Source: an uncultured Chloroflexia bacterium
GTDB taxonomy: Bacteria > Chloroflexota > Limnocylindria > Limnocylindrales > CSP1-4
Length of the DNA: 64,000 bases
Reading direction: 5' to 3'
Assembly: GCA_963749705.1 (NCBI GenBank)
Contig: CAVVNQ010000006.1
Coordinates: 160,001 to 224,000 of the forward strand
The position numbers were made by a program, and so were the translations under genes. Positions within the stretch are counted from its first letter, which is position 1. Every line of letters starts with the position of its first letter. This document shows, piece by piece, positions 18,557 through 28,844 of this stretch. A model generated the notes under the pieces. It did not search any database, had not been told where the DNA came from, and was given only the letters and a program-made list of their open reading frames with translations.

Positions 18557-18913
18557 CTATAGGCGTCGGCTTGGCTCGTCGTTCGACATTCGGTGCGCGA
18601 ATCCGGAACCTCGGGCCCGCTCGCGACCGCGACAAGCAGCCTCCGATCGCCACCGTGGCTTCAGCGAGTCCATGCGGAGGATCGCCTCGCGGCTTCGCGG
18701 GTTGCGCCGGGTCAGTATCGGACGGCAGGCCCTCGAAATGTCGAGCACCAAATCGACGTTCGATCTGCGTTCGTCTCCGCACCCGAGGAGCCGGACGTCA
18801 TTGGTCAGATCGTCGATCACGTCGGTCACACCGTCGCGGCTGACCTGCGCGCAGTCCTCCCGATCGGCCTCCGGGACGGTGACGGTCGTGAATACCGCCT
18901 GCGAGATGCGCAT
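18557..18913 (-). pseudogene. Degenerate N-terminal remnant of an enolase-superfamily (mandelate racemase-like) gene
   Basis: MRISQAVFTTVTVP..RDGVTDVIDDLTNDVRLLGCGD..RPILTRRNP resembles the MR/MLE N-domain; TGATG-coupled to ridA; no barrel domain. Confidence 0.45.
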
Positions 18914-19335
18914 CACGTCCGCCTTGTGGAGGTACGCCTCGTCGGAACAGCAGCCCCGCCCAGGACGGCGATCGCCTGGATCTCGACGAGAATGCCGGTC
19001 CCCACAATGTGCGCCTGAACGGTGGCGCGCGCGGGAGGATCCGAGGGGAAGAACTCCGCGTAGGCCGAGTTGTAGGCCGCGAAGTCCTCGTCCGCGTGCT
19101 CGAGGAACGCGGTCACATAACACACGTCGGCGAGGGTTCCGCCAACGGAGGCTAGTCCGGTCCCGAGGTTCCGTAGGGCTTGTCGCGTCTGCGTGCCCAC
19201 GTCGTTGCCGACGAGTCGCCGGTCTTCGTCCTGGCCGGCCACGCCGGCCAGGAACACGAAATCACCGACACGGACAACTTGGCTGTAGCAACCGCCGGGC
19301 GAAGGCGCACCCGGGGGATTCATCGCCTGTCTCAT
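18913..19335 (-). CDS. RidA/YjgF family protein
   Basis: YSQVVRVGDFVFLAG, QTRQALRNL, PPARATV, LVEIQAIA. Confidence 0.9.
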   Translation of the reverse strand: MRQAMNPPGAPSPGGCYSQVVRVGDFVFLAGVAGQDEDRRLVGNDVGTQTRQALRNLGTGLASVGGTLADVCYVTAFLEHADEDFAAYNSAYAEFFPSDPPARATVQAHIVGTGILVEIQAIAVLGGAAVPTRRTSTRRT

Positions 19336-19494
19336 GTCTACTCCTTTCCCGTCTGGTTTCCGCGGCCCGAGAGATGCCGGCTGCTCTGCTCACCCCGCGA
19401 AGGCCGCGAACGAGATGAGCTGTCAACGTGCCGAAGGGCGCGCGCCCGGCCTCGAGCCGATAGGAACGCTGTTCCAGTGTCCAAGCGCGCACTG

Positions 19495-20337
19495 CTAGCG
19501 TCTTGCGTCAACCCCAGGGGTAACCCCGGACGGACCGACGCCTTCCACGAACGGATTCCCGTGACCATTGGTCACGACCGACAGACCCCCGTCAACCATC
19601 AAGCTGGCGCCGGTGACGAAACTCGCCTCGTCCGATGCCAGGAAGACAGCGGGCCAAGCAATCTCGTCCGGCTGACCTATGCGACCGATCGGGTGGATGC
19701 TGCCTGCCCGTCGACGTTCGGCGTCTGGATCCGCGAATGTTGCCCAATAGTCGCTTGTCTGCTGCGTCTCGACATAGGCTGGACAGATTGCGTTGACTCG
19801 AATGTGGAGTGCGGCGTACTCGACGGCAAGTGCGCGGGTCAGACCAATTAGGGCGTGCTTCGCCACTGGATATGGGAAGGCACCAGGAATGATCTGAAAT
19901 GCGTGACTCGACGCGATGTTGACGATGCTGCCGCCGCCTACCCGAAGCATGTGCCGAATCACTTCGCGGCTCAGCCACCAGGACCCGTCGAGGTCGACCG
20001 AGAAACAGCGTCTCCACTGCTCCTCAGACAGCTTCAGTGGGTCCGCGAATACGTCGACTGCGGCATTGTTCACCAACACGGTGGGTGGCCCGTATAGACC
20101 GACTACTTGCGCCACAAGCTCAACGATCGATTGTCGCTTGCTTATGTCGGCACTCACGAACTGGGCATCGTGTCCGGCTGACCGGAGCGTCGCCGCCTGG
20201 CGTTCGCCGACGCTGGCGGTCCGCTGCGCAATTACGACCCGTGCTCCTTCCTCAGCAAACCGTCGAGTGATCGCCGCCCCTATCCCCTGACCGCCACCCG
20301 TGACGATGGCTACCTTTCCCTTCAGCCTTTCGCCCAT
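19495..20337 (-). CDS. SDR family oxidoreductase (sugar dehydrogenase-like)
   Basis: TGGGQGIG, NNA, YPVAKH, FLASDEASFVTG; GAGGAGG SD. Confidence 0.9.
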   Translation of the reverse strand: MGERLKGKVAIVTGGGQGIGAAITRRFAEEGARVVIAQRTASVGERQAATLRSAGHDAQFVSADISKRQSIVELVAQVVGLYGPPTVLVNNAAVDVFADPLKLSEEQWRRCFSVDLDGSWWLSREVIRHMLRVGGGSIVNIASSHAFQIIPGAFPYPVAKHALIGLTRALAVEYAALHIRVNAICPAYVETQQTSDYWATFADPDAERRRAGSIHPIGRIGQPDEIAWPAVFLASDEASFVTGASLMVDGGLSVVTNGHGNPFVEGVGPSGVTPGVDARR

Positions 20338-20817
20338 GACGTACCTCCTCGGACAATGCGTCCCAATCCAGTCGACTCGCGAACCAACCCCACTTCCGAG
20401 GGCGCGCAAACCCGGACCTCCACCCACCGCGTCTCCCAAGGGGAGTCCGCTGGACGGCGTGAAGAGGTTGAGCCATCGGGTGTAGGCCGCCGCCATCTAC
20501 CCGTTCTCGAGGTGAACCGTGGCGCTTTGTATGCCGATGCCCGGAGTTCATTACCTGGGCGACACTTGTCCAATGGGCTACTTTTCGATGCTCTCGGCGA
20601 CGAGGGACCTCCGCCAGATGAGACAACCAGCCGATTTCGGGGTTGCGGGATGAAAGAGTCGTCGATCTGAGGTAGTGCGTCCGAGCCCAGGCAGCGCTCG
20701 GTGCTGATGCGCAGCTCCGACGCTCGAGCGACCAGCTCCTTTAGCGATGTGCGCAATTCGATCGCTGTGACACCAATAGCGACCGCAAGCCTCCCACGCA
20801 TGTCCTCGAATGCCTGG

Positions 20818-21708
20818 CTACCCGGCGAATGTGTCCGTTGGTAGACCCCTTACACCGGGGCGGACAACGAACAGGGCGCCGGCATGTGGCTGACGGTCAA
20901 GTTCCAGTTGCGCGAGCCCATGCGTTGCGGAGGTCACGTACAGGTCGGCTAGGTCGTCACCCCCGAAGACGCAGCTCGTGACCTGTGTCACTGGAAACCG
21001 AACCTCAGCCTCCAGCTTGCCCCTTGGCGAATAGCGCCGAACGGCTGAGCCACCCCACAATGCGACCCAAATATGCCCTTCAGCGTCAACGGTCAATCCG
21101 TCGGGGGTACCCTCGGATTCTGGGATCGTGACCACGTTACGTCGATCGAAGATCCTTCCCGTTTCCGGATCGTGGGAGAACGCGTCGACCTGCTGAGTCA
21201 GCGAATCGATGTAGTAGAAGATCTGGTCATCGGGGCTCCACCCGAGCCCATTCGAAAGCTTCACGTCCAACAGGACCGTCGCAACTTCGCCGTTCTTGTC
21301 GAGTCGGTAGAGCGCGCCAGTTGACCCCTGTTCGTCGACTGCTGTGGTGCCGGCCCAGAATCGCCCAGATCGATCGCACTTCCCATCGTTCATCATGTTC
21401 TCTGGAACGTCTGACTCGACCAACGCCACTTTGGTCAAGGTGGCTCGGTCTGATTCAAGGCACCAGAAACCATCAGCAAGCGCAAGAACGAGTCCGCCAG
21501 ACTGACGAGGTGCGGCCGCACCCACAGGCTGACCCAAATGAAGCGATGTAGATCGGCCTGTTGCAGGGTCGTACCATTGGATGATGCCGCCGAACTGGTC
21601 AACCCAGACAAGCTGACGACCACGTGCGTCCCATGCCGGACTCTCGCCGCAATCAGCGTGAGCGTCGAGGGCGATGCGAGGCAACAGCTCGCTCACCGCC
21701 TCCGCCAT
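20818..21708 (-). CDS. SMP-30/gluconolactonase/LRE family protein
   Basis: GESPAWD, NDGKCDRSGRFWAG, SNGLGWSPD, PDGLTVD, TSCVFGG. Confidence 0.92.
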   Translation of the reverse strand: MAEAVSELLPRIALDAHADCGESPAWDARGRQLVWVDQFGGIIQWYDPATGRSTSLHLGQPVGAAAPRQSGGLVLALADGFWCLESDRATLTKVALVESDVPENMMNDGKCDRSGRFWAGTTAVDEQGSTGALYRLDKNGEVATVLLDVKLSNGLGWSPDDQIFYYIDSLTQQVDAFSHDPETGRIFDRRNVVTIPESEGTPDGLTVDAEGHIWVALWGGSAVRRYSPRGKLEAEVRFPVTQVTSCVFGGDDLADLYVTSATHGLAQLELDRQPHAGALFVVRPGVRGLPTDTFAG

Positions 21709-22362
21709 CTAGAAGATGCCGAATGTCCTGAACGCATCAGATGCGCTTGCGCCACCTTCGATCGCCTCCCTCATGCGCTCTTCTTCATGCATCTTCTCCA
21801 GCGCAAGCCCCAGCACCTCAGCTTCGACGATCTTCGGGACGACCAACACGCCGTCGCGGTCACCGACAACAAGATCTCCCGGGCTGACGTCCACACCGTG
21901 GACATCGATCCGCACGCGAAAGTCAACGACCACCGACCTGAACGCGGCGTCCTGCGCATACGACCCACGGCTGAACACCGGCCAGGACTGCTCCAAAATC
22001 CGGTCGGTGTCGCGATGGAAAGCGTTGACGACTGCGCCCACAGCTCCCCGGCGCCGCGCCGCTGCGGTCATCAGCTCCCCCCAGGCGGCGCACGGGAGAT
22101 CTCCACCAGACGCGAGGTAGACGTCGCCCTCTTCCAACTGGTCCAGCGCTGCCGTAAGGTTCGCGAACCCCTGCCCTCTGACCTTTGTTGAGGCCGCCAG
22201 CTGCACCGGCATCGCTCGGCCCACCACCCTCATGCCGGTGTCGATCGCACGAACGTCGGCCGGCAGGAACTGGGTCATGTAGCCCATCGTGTCGAGAATG
22301 TCCCCCAGAACCGCGGTGTAGAGCCTCTCCCGGACGACGAGATCGACGGAGTTGTCAGTCAC
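21709..22362 (-). CDS. RraA/HMG (4-hydroxy-4-methyl-2-oxoglutarate) aldolase family protein
   Basis: LYTAVLGDILD, WGELM, RD, PGDLVVGDRDGV; GTG start 22362. Confidence 0.88.
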   Translation of the reverse strand: MTDNSVDLVVRERLYTAVLGDILDTMGYMTQFLPADVRAIDTGMRVVGRAMPVQLAASTKVRGQGFANLTAALDQLEEGDVYLASGGDLPCAAWGELMTAAARRRGAVGAVVNAFHRDTDRILEQSWPVFSRGSYAQDAAFRSVVVDFRVRIDVHGVDVSPGDLVVGDRDGVLVVPKIVEAEVLGLALEKMHEEERMREAIEGGASASDAFRTFGIF

Positions 22363-22541
22363 GCTGGGACCCCGTTTCTGAAGGTCTTCGAGGGTGTGGG
22401 CGACGTCGACATATTCGATGCCGAGAATGGCAGCAGGCTCCGCTCTGTCGCCCGTATCTCTGTCGCCATCGACGGGTCGCCCGCCTCGATCGCAAATGCC
22501 ACGAGAATCGAGATCAGCAGGGATTCGCTCCTGCATCTTAG

Positions 22542-24000
22542 CCCGGATCCACCGAACCTCATCGTCTGATGGGTCGATGACGGGCGCGGGGCCCCGATCG
22601 AGCCGTTGGCGGGGCATGGCCGGGCGAAGGACGGTCGATGGACAGCCGAAGCAGGCTCCCACGGCGTCGCCGACCGACGGGGGGTCGATTTCTTCCCACG
22701 CTCCCGCCAGCCCCGGATCGGCGACTGGTGATCGCGCTCAGGTCAGGCGAGGAGCGGCATGGCCCGGAACCGCGCCAGGGCTGCCGTCCAGTCGATCGCC
22801 CAGGGCCAGCGACCCGGCAAGTGCAGCGTGACCCGCCGGGCTGAGCGGGTGAGCCGCCCGACGAGCCCGAACAACCGCCGCCGGAGGGTCTTGGTGGTGA
22901 CGATCCCGGCCCCCAGACCGAGCCGCGCCGTCCAGCGGGCGAGGTTGTGCGCAATGACCTGGACCGCGAGCCAGGCGCCGTTGGCCGCGAACCTCCCGGA
23001 CGGCAGGTGGTTGAGCCCCATGCCGTACTTGAGATCCCGGATCGCGTTCTCGATCTCGGCGTGCCGGCGGTGGTCCGCTTCGAGCTCCAGCATCTCGCCG
23101 TCGCGGTCGGTGATGAACGCGTGGTAGTCGTACAGGGTGAGGAGCGCGAGCTGGCTGCCTGGCGTCGGCTTCACCCGGCGGACGATGAGCCGGACCGGGA
23201 CCGCGTCCTTCTCGTCGGCGAACGGGACATAGCTGGTCTCGGCGACATCCGCCCCGCCCCCGATCCAGTACGGGATCGGCGTCCAGTCTGACTCCGGGAT
23301 CGCCTCGATGAGGCCCCGGAGCTTGCGGCCGTGCAGCCGCGCCGTGATCGAGAAGCGGACATCCATCGCCCGGCAGACGGCGACGACCGCGTGAGCATAG
23401 AAGCCGGAGTCGGCGCGCATCGTGAGCTCGCCCATGGCTCCCGCGGATCGGACCCGCCCGATCGTCTCGCGCAGGAAGTGGGCGGCGCCCCGGACCGTGG
23501 CGGCCCGTCCCTCGCGCAGCCTCGCCATCAGCACGTCGCCCGTGCCGGCCGCGACCGCGAGCAGCGGGTGATAGCCGCGGACGTGGGTGTACCCGTGATG
23601 GATGGCACCCTCCTTGGCCAGGCCGTACGTCTCGCAGATCGTGGAGTCGAGGTCGATCGTGAGGGGTGCATCGCCCGGACCCGCGCCCGCCGCCCACGCC
23701 CGCGCGAGGAGCTCCCGGCTCACCCGGTCGAGCTGGCGGACATGGCCCCAGCGGAAGCTGCGCAGGAAGGTGCCCAGGGTGGAGGGGGCCTTGACGCTGA
23801 AGCCCAGGATCCGGCTGGTTCCGCCGGCGCGCAGGGCGTCCGCGTCGTCGATCGAGTCGCCGCCCGCGAGCGCGGACATGATGAGCGTGAGCAGCTTGTC
23901 GCCCACGTTCGCCCGGCCGGCAGCCCGGCCCAGATCGAGGAACCGATCGACCAGTCCCTTCAGGCCCAGGTGGAGAGCCAGGGTGGCAGGCACGGGTACC
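22542..24000 (-). mobile_element. IS1380-family element, 5'-truncated (transposase reading frame ends at 22743)
   Basis: APSTLGTFLRSF, IDLDST, GYHPL, RADSGFY, HRRHAEIENAIRDLK; TCGGTGGATCCGGG terminal motif; N-terminus missing. Confidence 0.9.
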
Positions 24001-24049
24001 CAACGGCTCGATCTCTCCACGACCATCCAGATTGTTGGGCCAGAGGCTC

Positions 24050-24997
24050 TCACCCTACGTAATAGTCGTGTTCCTGCAACCATCTAACGGCTTCCTTGAC
24101 AGCGCCCAGCGATGAGTGTCGCGGTTCAAAGCCGATCAGGCGCCTGGCCTTCTCCATGCTGCAATTGGGGCTGTGAGAGATGTGATCCCATGTTGCGGCC
24201 GCGTCTTCCGCGACCACCGTCTTGCGCCAATCTTCCCACGGTAAATACTCGATCTTTGGTTCATGGTCATGCCACGCGAACATCAATTCGGCATAGCCGC
24301 GAAGTGTGAGTGCGGCAGGTGACACGGCGTGGAACGATTGCCCTACGGACGGACCCCAGTTATTGATGGCGGCAATGAAGAGTGAGGCAACATCCTCCGC
24401 GTGGACGTGGTGTACCGTCTCCAGGCCGAAGTTCGGTAGGCAGATCGTCTCGCCGGCAGCCACGCGTCGGAACACCTCGACGTTGACGTTGCCCATGGGA
24501 TTCACGGGAAGCCAGCCAGGACCGACGATGTGGCCCGGATGGACAACAGTCGCCGGGAGACGGCCCGCGCGCAATTCCCGCTCGAGGTATTCGGTGATAG
24601 CAAGTTTCTGGAGGCCGTAGCTGCCAAAGGGTTTCCTGTTGGCGTCCTCGGTCGTTGGAACGGCGCTGCTCGCGCCGTGAATCCAGATTGAGCCGCACAC
24701 AAGCAGGTGCGAGATCGATCCGCGCAGGGCCTCCGCGAGCGCCACCGCGCTCTTGAGCTCAAGGCAAATCATGTCGATCACGATGTCGGCATTGAGCCCT
24801 GAAATGGCCGCGGCAAACGCCGCGTGGTCGCCGGTCCGCTCCAGAGACAAATGGTCGGCGTGCGCAAAGGCGGGATGGTTGCGGTAAGGACGTCGCTTGC
24901 CCCTGCTCACCGCGATGACCAGGTGCCCCGCCTCTTCGAGCATTGGGACCAAATACGTTCCAACGTGGCCGGTTGCTCCGATTACGACAACTCTCAT
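24050..24997 (-). CDS. NAD-dependent epimerase/dehydratase family protein
   Basis: VIGATGHVG, YGLQK, HPGHIVGPG, HVHAEDVA. Confidence 0.88.
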   Translation of the reverse strand: MRVVVIGATGHVGTYLVPMLEEAGHLVIAVSRGKRRPYRNHPAFAHADHLSLERTGDHAAFAAAISGLNADIVIDMICLELKSAVALAEALRGSISHLLVCGSIWIHGASSAVPTTEDANRKPFGSYGLQKLAITEYLERELRAGRLPATVVHPGHIVGPGWLPVNPMGNVNVEVFRRVAAGETICLPNFGLETVHHVHAEDVASLFIAAINNWGPSVGQSFHAVSPAALTLRGYAELMFAWHDHEPKIEYLPWEDWRKTVVAEDAAATWDHISHSPNCSMEKARRLIGFEPRHSSLGAVKEAVRWLQEHDYYVG

Positions 24998-25019
24998 TGG
25001 TCTCCTCTGCGGCTTCCAC

Positions 25020-25565
25020 GCAGTCTTCGCCCGCTATCGTCTGGCGGACCCCAAGACGATCCGGCTCGAACTGGCACGCGCATGCCGAATTGTTGCGCGC
25101 CCTGGGAAATGCCGCGTGGAGGCTGCCCCTCCCAACCCGCGAAGGACAGGCGCTGGAGACGCGAAAGGAGGGCTACCAGACAAGGTTATCGTGCTCCGTC
25201 GACATCAGCCGCCGCCATCCAACTCCCAAGTGCCACGCCGGTCCACCGAGTCGTAGTACGTCTGGGGCCGCCACCACCGAACGTTGGCTTCGGCGAAGAG
25301 TATCCGGCCGAGACGACCCTTGCGACTGCATCATGCATGGCCTGCACGGCGGGCAGGAACCGCCGATTGAATATCGGGGCAAGGATGATCCCCGCCGCAT
25401 CGCAGGCCGCGATCGTCCGATCGACCCGCTGCACCATCACCTCGAGGGGCTTTACGCAGACGACGTGCCTGCCGGAGCGGGCCGCGGCAACTACAGGCCC
25501 AAGGTAGTCGCCACTTCGAGTGCAGACGCTGACAACATCGATGTCCTCCCGCTCCAAGCATGACG
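25020..25565 (-). pseudogene. Gfo/Idh/MocA oxidoreductase fragment
   Basis: LEREDIDVVSVCT..AARSGRHVVCVKPL..IFNRRF; lacks N-terminus, frame breaks. Confidence 0.7.
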
Positions 25566-25599
25566 TTGTAGTCGCTGAAAGACGGAGAACCGGCGGGGT

Positions 25600-25827
25600 T
25601 CCAAACTGCTGTTCCAGGTGCTGACCGAGCGCGGCAAGCAAGCTTCGATCGCGGTCGCCTCCAACGCGCGGTTCTCCGAGTGGGGCCAGGCCTTCACCAA
25701 CCCCAGGCATGCCGCGGCGGTCGTCGACCTGTTCAAGTTTCGGGCCTACATCCTCGAGACGGGCGGCTCGTCCTTCCACCTGCGGACCAGCCAGACTAGA
25801 CGGAAGGAGACACCCCCAGCCGGCTGA
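25600..25827 (+). mobile_element. IS21 helper ATPase IstB C-terminal fragment
   Basis: LLFQVLTER..SIAVASN.RFSEWGQAFTNPRHAAAVVD..ILETGGSSFHL. Confidence 0.75.
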
Positions 25828-25834
25828 TCACCGA

Positions 25835-26110
25835 CCATATCGAAGGTCAAGCCCTCCGGACCAGGCCAAGCGTGAGGCATTCGCGAGGCTCATCGCCGAG
25901 GGCGTTCCCTCGGCCCGGGCGTGCCGGGTTGTCGGGCCCAACCGCGCACCTGCAAGCGGTGGCGCAACGGGCGCCGCATACGTCCGGCGGTCGCGTGCTG
26001 GACTATGGCTCCCGTGATCACCTCCGTTCCCGAGAGGCAGTATTCACCGCGATACCTGTCCGCGAGGACGAGCGCGTGCGCCTGGCCGACCTGCGCCGGG
26101 AGGGACGCAC
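25835..26110 (+). mobile_element. Degenerate IS30 transposase N-terminal fragment, inverted relative to the neighbouring IS30
   Basis: REAFARLIAEGVPSARA..RWRNGRR..SGGRVLD..YSPRYLS..EDERVRLADLRREG matches 26940-27190 on the opposite strand. Confidence 0.8.
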
Positions 26111-27242
26111 GAACGCACCGACCTCTGTGGACTTGGGGAAGTAGTCGCGGAGCATCCCGTTCGTGTGCTCGTTGGTGCGCCGCTGCCATGACGAGTGCGG
26201 GTCGCAGAAGTAGACGCCCGTCGAGCCGAGGGCCGCGGCGACCTCGGCGTGGCGGGCCATCTCGGCGCCCTGGTCCCAGGTGAGCGTCCGGCGCAGCCCG
26301 GGCGGCAGCGCGCCGAGCGCCGCCACGACGGCGTCGCGCACGGTCGCCGAGTCCCGCCGCGCCCCGGGCAGGTGGCCAAGCAGCGTGTACCTCGTGGTCC
26401 GCTCGACCAGCGTGACGATCGCCGACACGTGCCCCCTGCCCATGATCAGGTCACCCTCCCAGTGCCCGGGCTGCTCGCGGTCAAGCGCGGACGCGGGCCG
26501 CTCGCGGATCGGGGTCATGCCGGCGACCGGACCGGTCCGGCGGGCCTGCGCGTCGCGCCTGCGGAGCCTCCGCCGGCGCCGGAGGCGCAGCACCCGACCC
26601 GGGAGCTCACGGGGGAGGCCGCCGAGGTCGGGGCGGTACACGGCCTGGTAGATAGTCTCGGCGCACAGCCAGCGACTGGCCTGGCCGGGGAACCGGCGCC
26701 GGAGGCCGCGGGAGACCTGCTCCGGGCTCCAGCGCGCCAGGAGCCTGCCCGCGACCCAGCCGCGCAGCTCGGGGTCCACGGACAGTCGGCTCGGGCGGCG
26801 CAGCCGGCGGCGGCCCAGCGCCTTGCGGTGCGCCTCGAACGGGCGGAACCGGCCGGCGTCGTCCGCGCCGCGCCGGAGCTCCCGGCTCACCGTCGAGGGC
26901 GACGCTGCCATCATGGCGGCGATGTCTCGCGCACGCCGCGCCCCTCGAGGCGCAGGTCGGCGAGCTGGATGCGTTCGTCCTCGGACAGGTAGCGCGGGGA
27001 GTAGTGCTTCTCGGGGACGGGGGTGATCACGGGCGGCAAGTCCAGCACACGGCCGCCGGACGCGAGTCGCCGGCCGTTGCGCCACCGCCTGCCGGTGCTT
27101 GGGTTGACCCCGACCATGCGCGACGCCCGGGCCGAGGGGACGCCCTCGGCGATCAGCCGGGCGAACGCCTCGCGCCTGTCATGGTCGGGACTCTTTCCTC
27201 GGCGGCCCATCGCAACTCCTCGCGGGTGTTGCGACGCTCGCC
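26110..27242 (-). mobile_element. IS30-family element, frameshifted and 3'-truncated
   Basis: YLSEDERIQLADL, STVSREL, WSPEQ, ETIY, GHWEGDLI, TWDQGAEM, YFCDPHSSWQRRTNEHTNG; frame break near 26940. Confidence 0.9.
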
Positions 27243-27349
27243 AGATTCCGCCTGATCATTCCCACCCGTGCGATTCGAGGGAGATGCGGGGTCCGCATGC
27301 GAGCGTCCCATGGGCACGGCGAGCGGAACACGGTCCTGCTGCCCATCAG

Positions 27350-28222
27350 TCACTGCACCTCCCCGATGCCCGGGCCGGATCGTGGGTCGAGCCGGTCGAA
27401 GATGTTCTGGAGGTGATCACGGCTCTGCGCCATGACCTCCCGCGCCGGCGGGAGGTTGGCCAGATCCCAGCGGCGCTCATATTCGAGCGAGAGGAACCCG
27501 GAGTAGCCGCCAGCATCAAGTTCGGCGGCAATATCGGTCCAGTCCACCGCCCCGGCTCCGATGGGAACGGCCCGCGGAGTGCCCTCAACGAAGACGAAGT
27601 CCTTGGCATGAACGTGCCGCACGTACGCGGCCTGAAGTGCAAATCCAGTCGCGGCTGACGGATCGTTGACCAAGATCAAGTTCGCCGGGTCGAAGATCAC
27701 CCCAAATACCGGATCCTCGAGCGCTTCGAGAATCGCCAGCGTGCTCCCGACCGAGTCAGCAAGTGTGCCTTCATGGTTCTCGATGTTCAGACTTACTCGC
27801 GCAGATTTAGCCTCCGCGGCAACAGCAGCGAGAGAGTCAAGCAGCTTCCCGACACGCGCGCGGCCAGTCTCGGCGGAGCGTCCCGCGAGGATCCTGACGC
27901 CCGAGCAGCTCAGTTCGTGCGCCATGCCGATGACGCGTCTGAGCTGATCGACGGCGGCAATTCGCACTCCCTCGTCGGCAGCGTTGAGCCCATATGTGTA
28001 TGGCGTCAGCCCTGCAATCACCAGACCAGCATCAAGCGACATCCGAGCAACTCTGCGAAGCTGCCCGGGCGATGCACGGTGGCTAATGCCACACTGATAA
28101 CCGTCATCAACGATTACTTCGATCCCGTCGAGATCCAGTTCGCGAAACAGACGGATTGCCGACTCTAGGTCGAGTTCGGGTGTTCCTAGCGTATGGCCAC
28201 AGAACCGAATCGACCTACTCAC
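27350..28222 (-). CDS. Sugar phosphate isomerase/epimerase (xylose-isomerase-like TIM barrel)
   Basis: DGIE, IENH, FDPAN, HVHAKD, GYSGFLSLEYE. Confidence 0.88.
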   Translation of the reverse strand: MSRSIRFCGHTLGTPELDLESAIRLFRELDLDGIEVIVDDGYQCGISHRASPGQLRRVARMSLDAGLVIAGLTPYTYGLNAADEGVRIAAVDQLRRVIGMAHELSCSGVRILAGRSAETGRARVGKLLDSLAAVAAEAKSARVSLNIENHEGTLADSVGSTLAILEALEDPVFGVIFDPANLILVNDPSAATGFALQAAYVRHVHAKDFVFVEGTPRAVPIGAGAVDWTDIAAELDAGGYSGFLSLEYERRWDLANLPPAREVMAQSRDHLQNIFDRLDPRSGPGIGEVQ

Positions 28223-28603
28223 TAGACTCCAGGGATGCAAGGCAATAGATGACCGGAACATCTGGCGATTGACAGTCAGCAGATCGTTCCAGGCCCCGCG
28301 GATGACATCCTCGACGAGTCGTGACCGTCAGCAGAATGTAATCTTACCATTCAACGGTGAACAGCACCTATCGGTTGTCGTCCGACACGACGCCGACCGC
28401 AATCTTGTCGCGCACCGCAAGCCGGTGGCCGTCGACAGACAGGCCGATCGCTCCACCGATGCTCAGCACGAACTGATCCGTCAGTGGGGCGCGAGCACCC
28501 ATACCGCGGCGGTCGAGTCAGCCCGCGCGCCAAGGGGGCCGCTGCCGTCGCCTTCGCCGGCTTGATGGCCCAGCCACTGCAGACAGACCGGGCTGAATGC
28601 GTC

Positions 28604-28835
28604 TGAACCGTACTGTGCGATGGAGGCTCCCTTCCTTGGAGGAAGTTTGAGCCATGGCAGAACACCTCACGTCCCGCCCTGCCCTGCGGCGGTATCCTCC
28701 AGAGTTGAAGGAGCGAGCCGTCCGGCTGGTCGCCGAGACGGCCGCCGAGCACGGCGAGCGCCACGGCGCGGTCGGCCTCGAGGCGAGACGGCTCGGCATC
28801 GGCCTCGAGTCCCTCCGCCTGAGCGCCGGCGATGT
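28604..28835 (+). mobile_element. IS3-family remnant (left end and OrfA N-terminus)
   Basis: TGAACCG end; RYPPELKERAVRLV...RLGIGLESLR. Confidence 0.8.
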
Positions 28836-28844
28836 CGATCCGTC

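Noticed and set aside
20340-20817. Small ORFs or ncRNA in the ~480-bp gap
   Set aside because: No recognisable motif, codon bias or convincing structure
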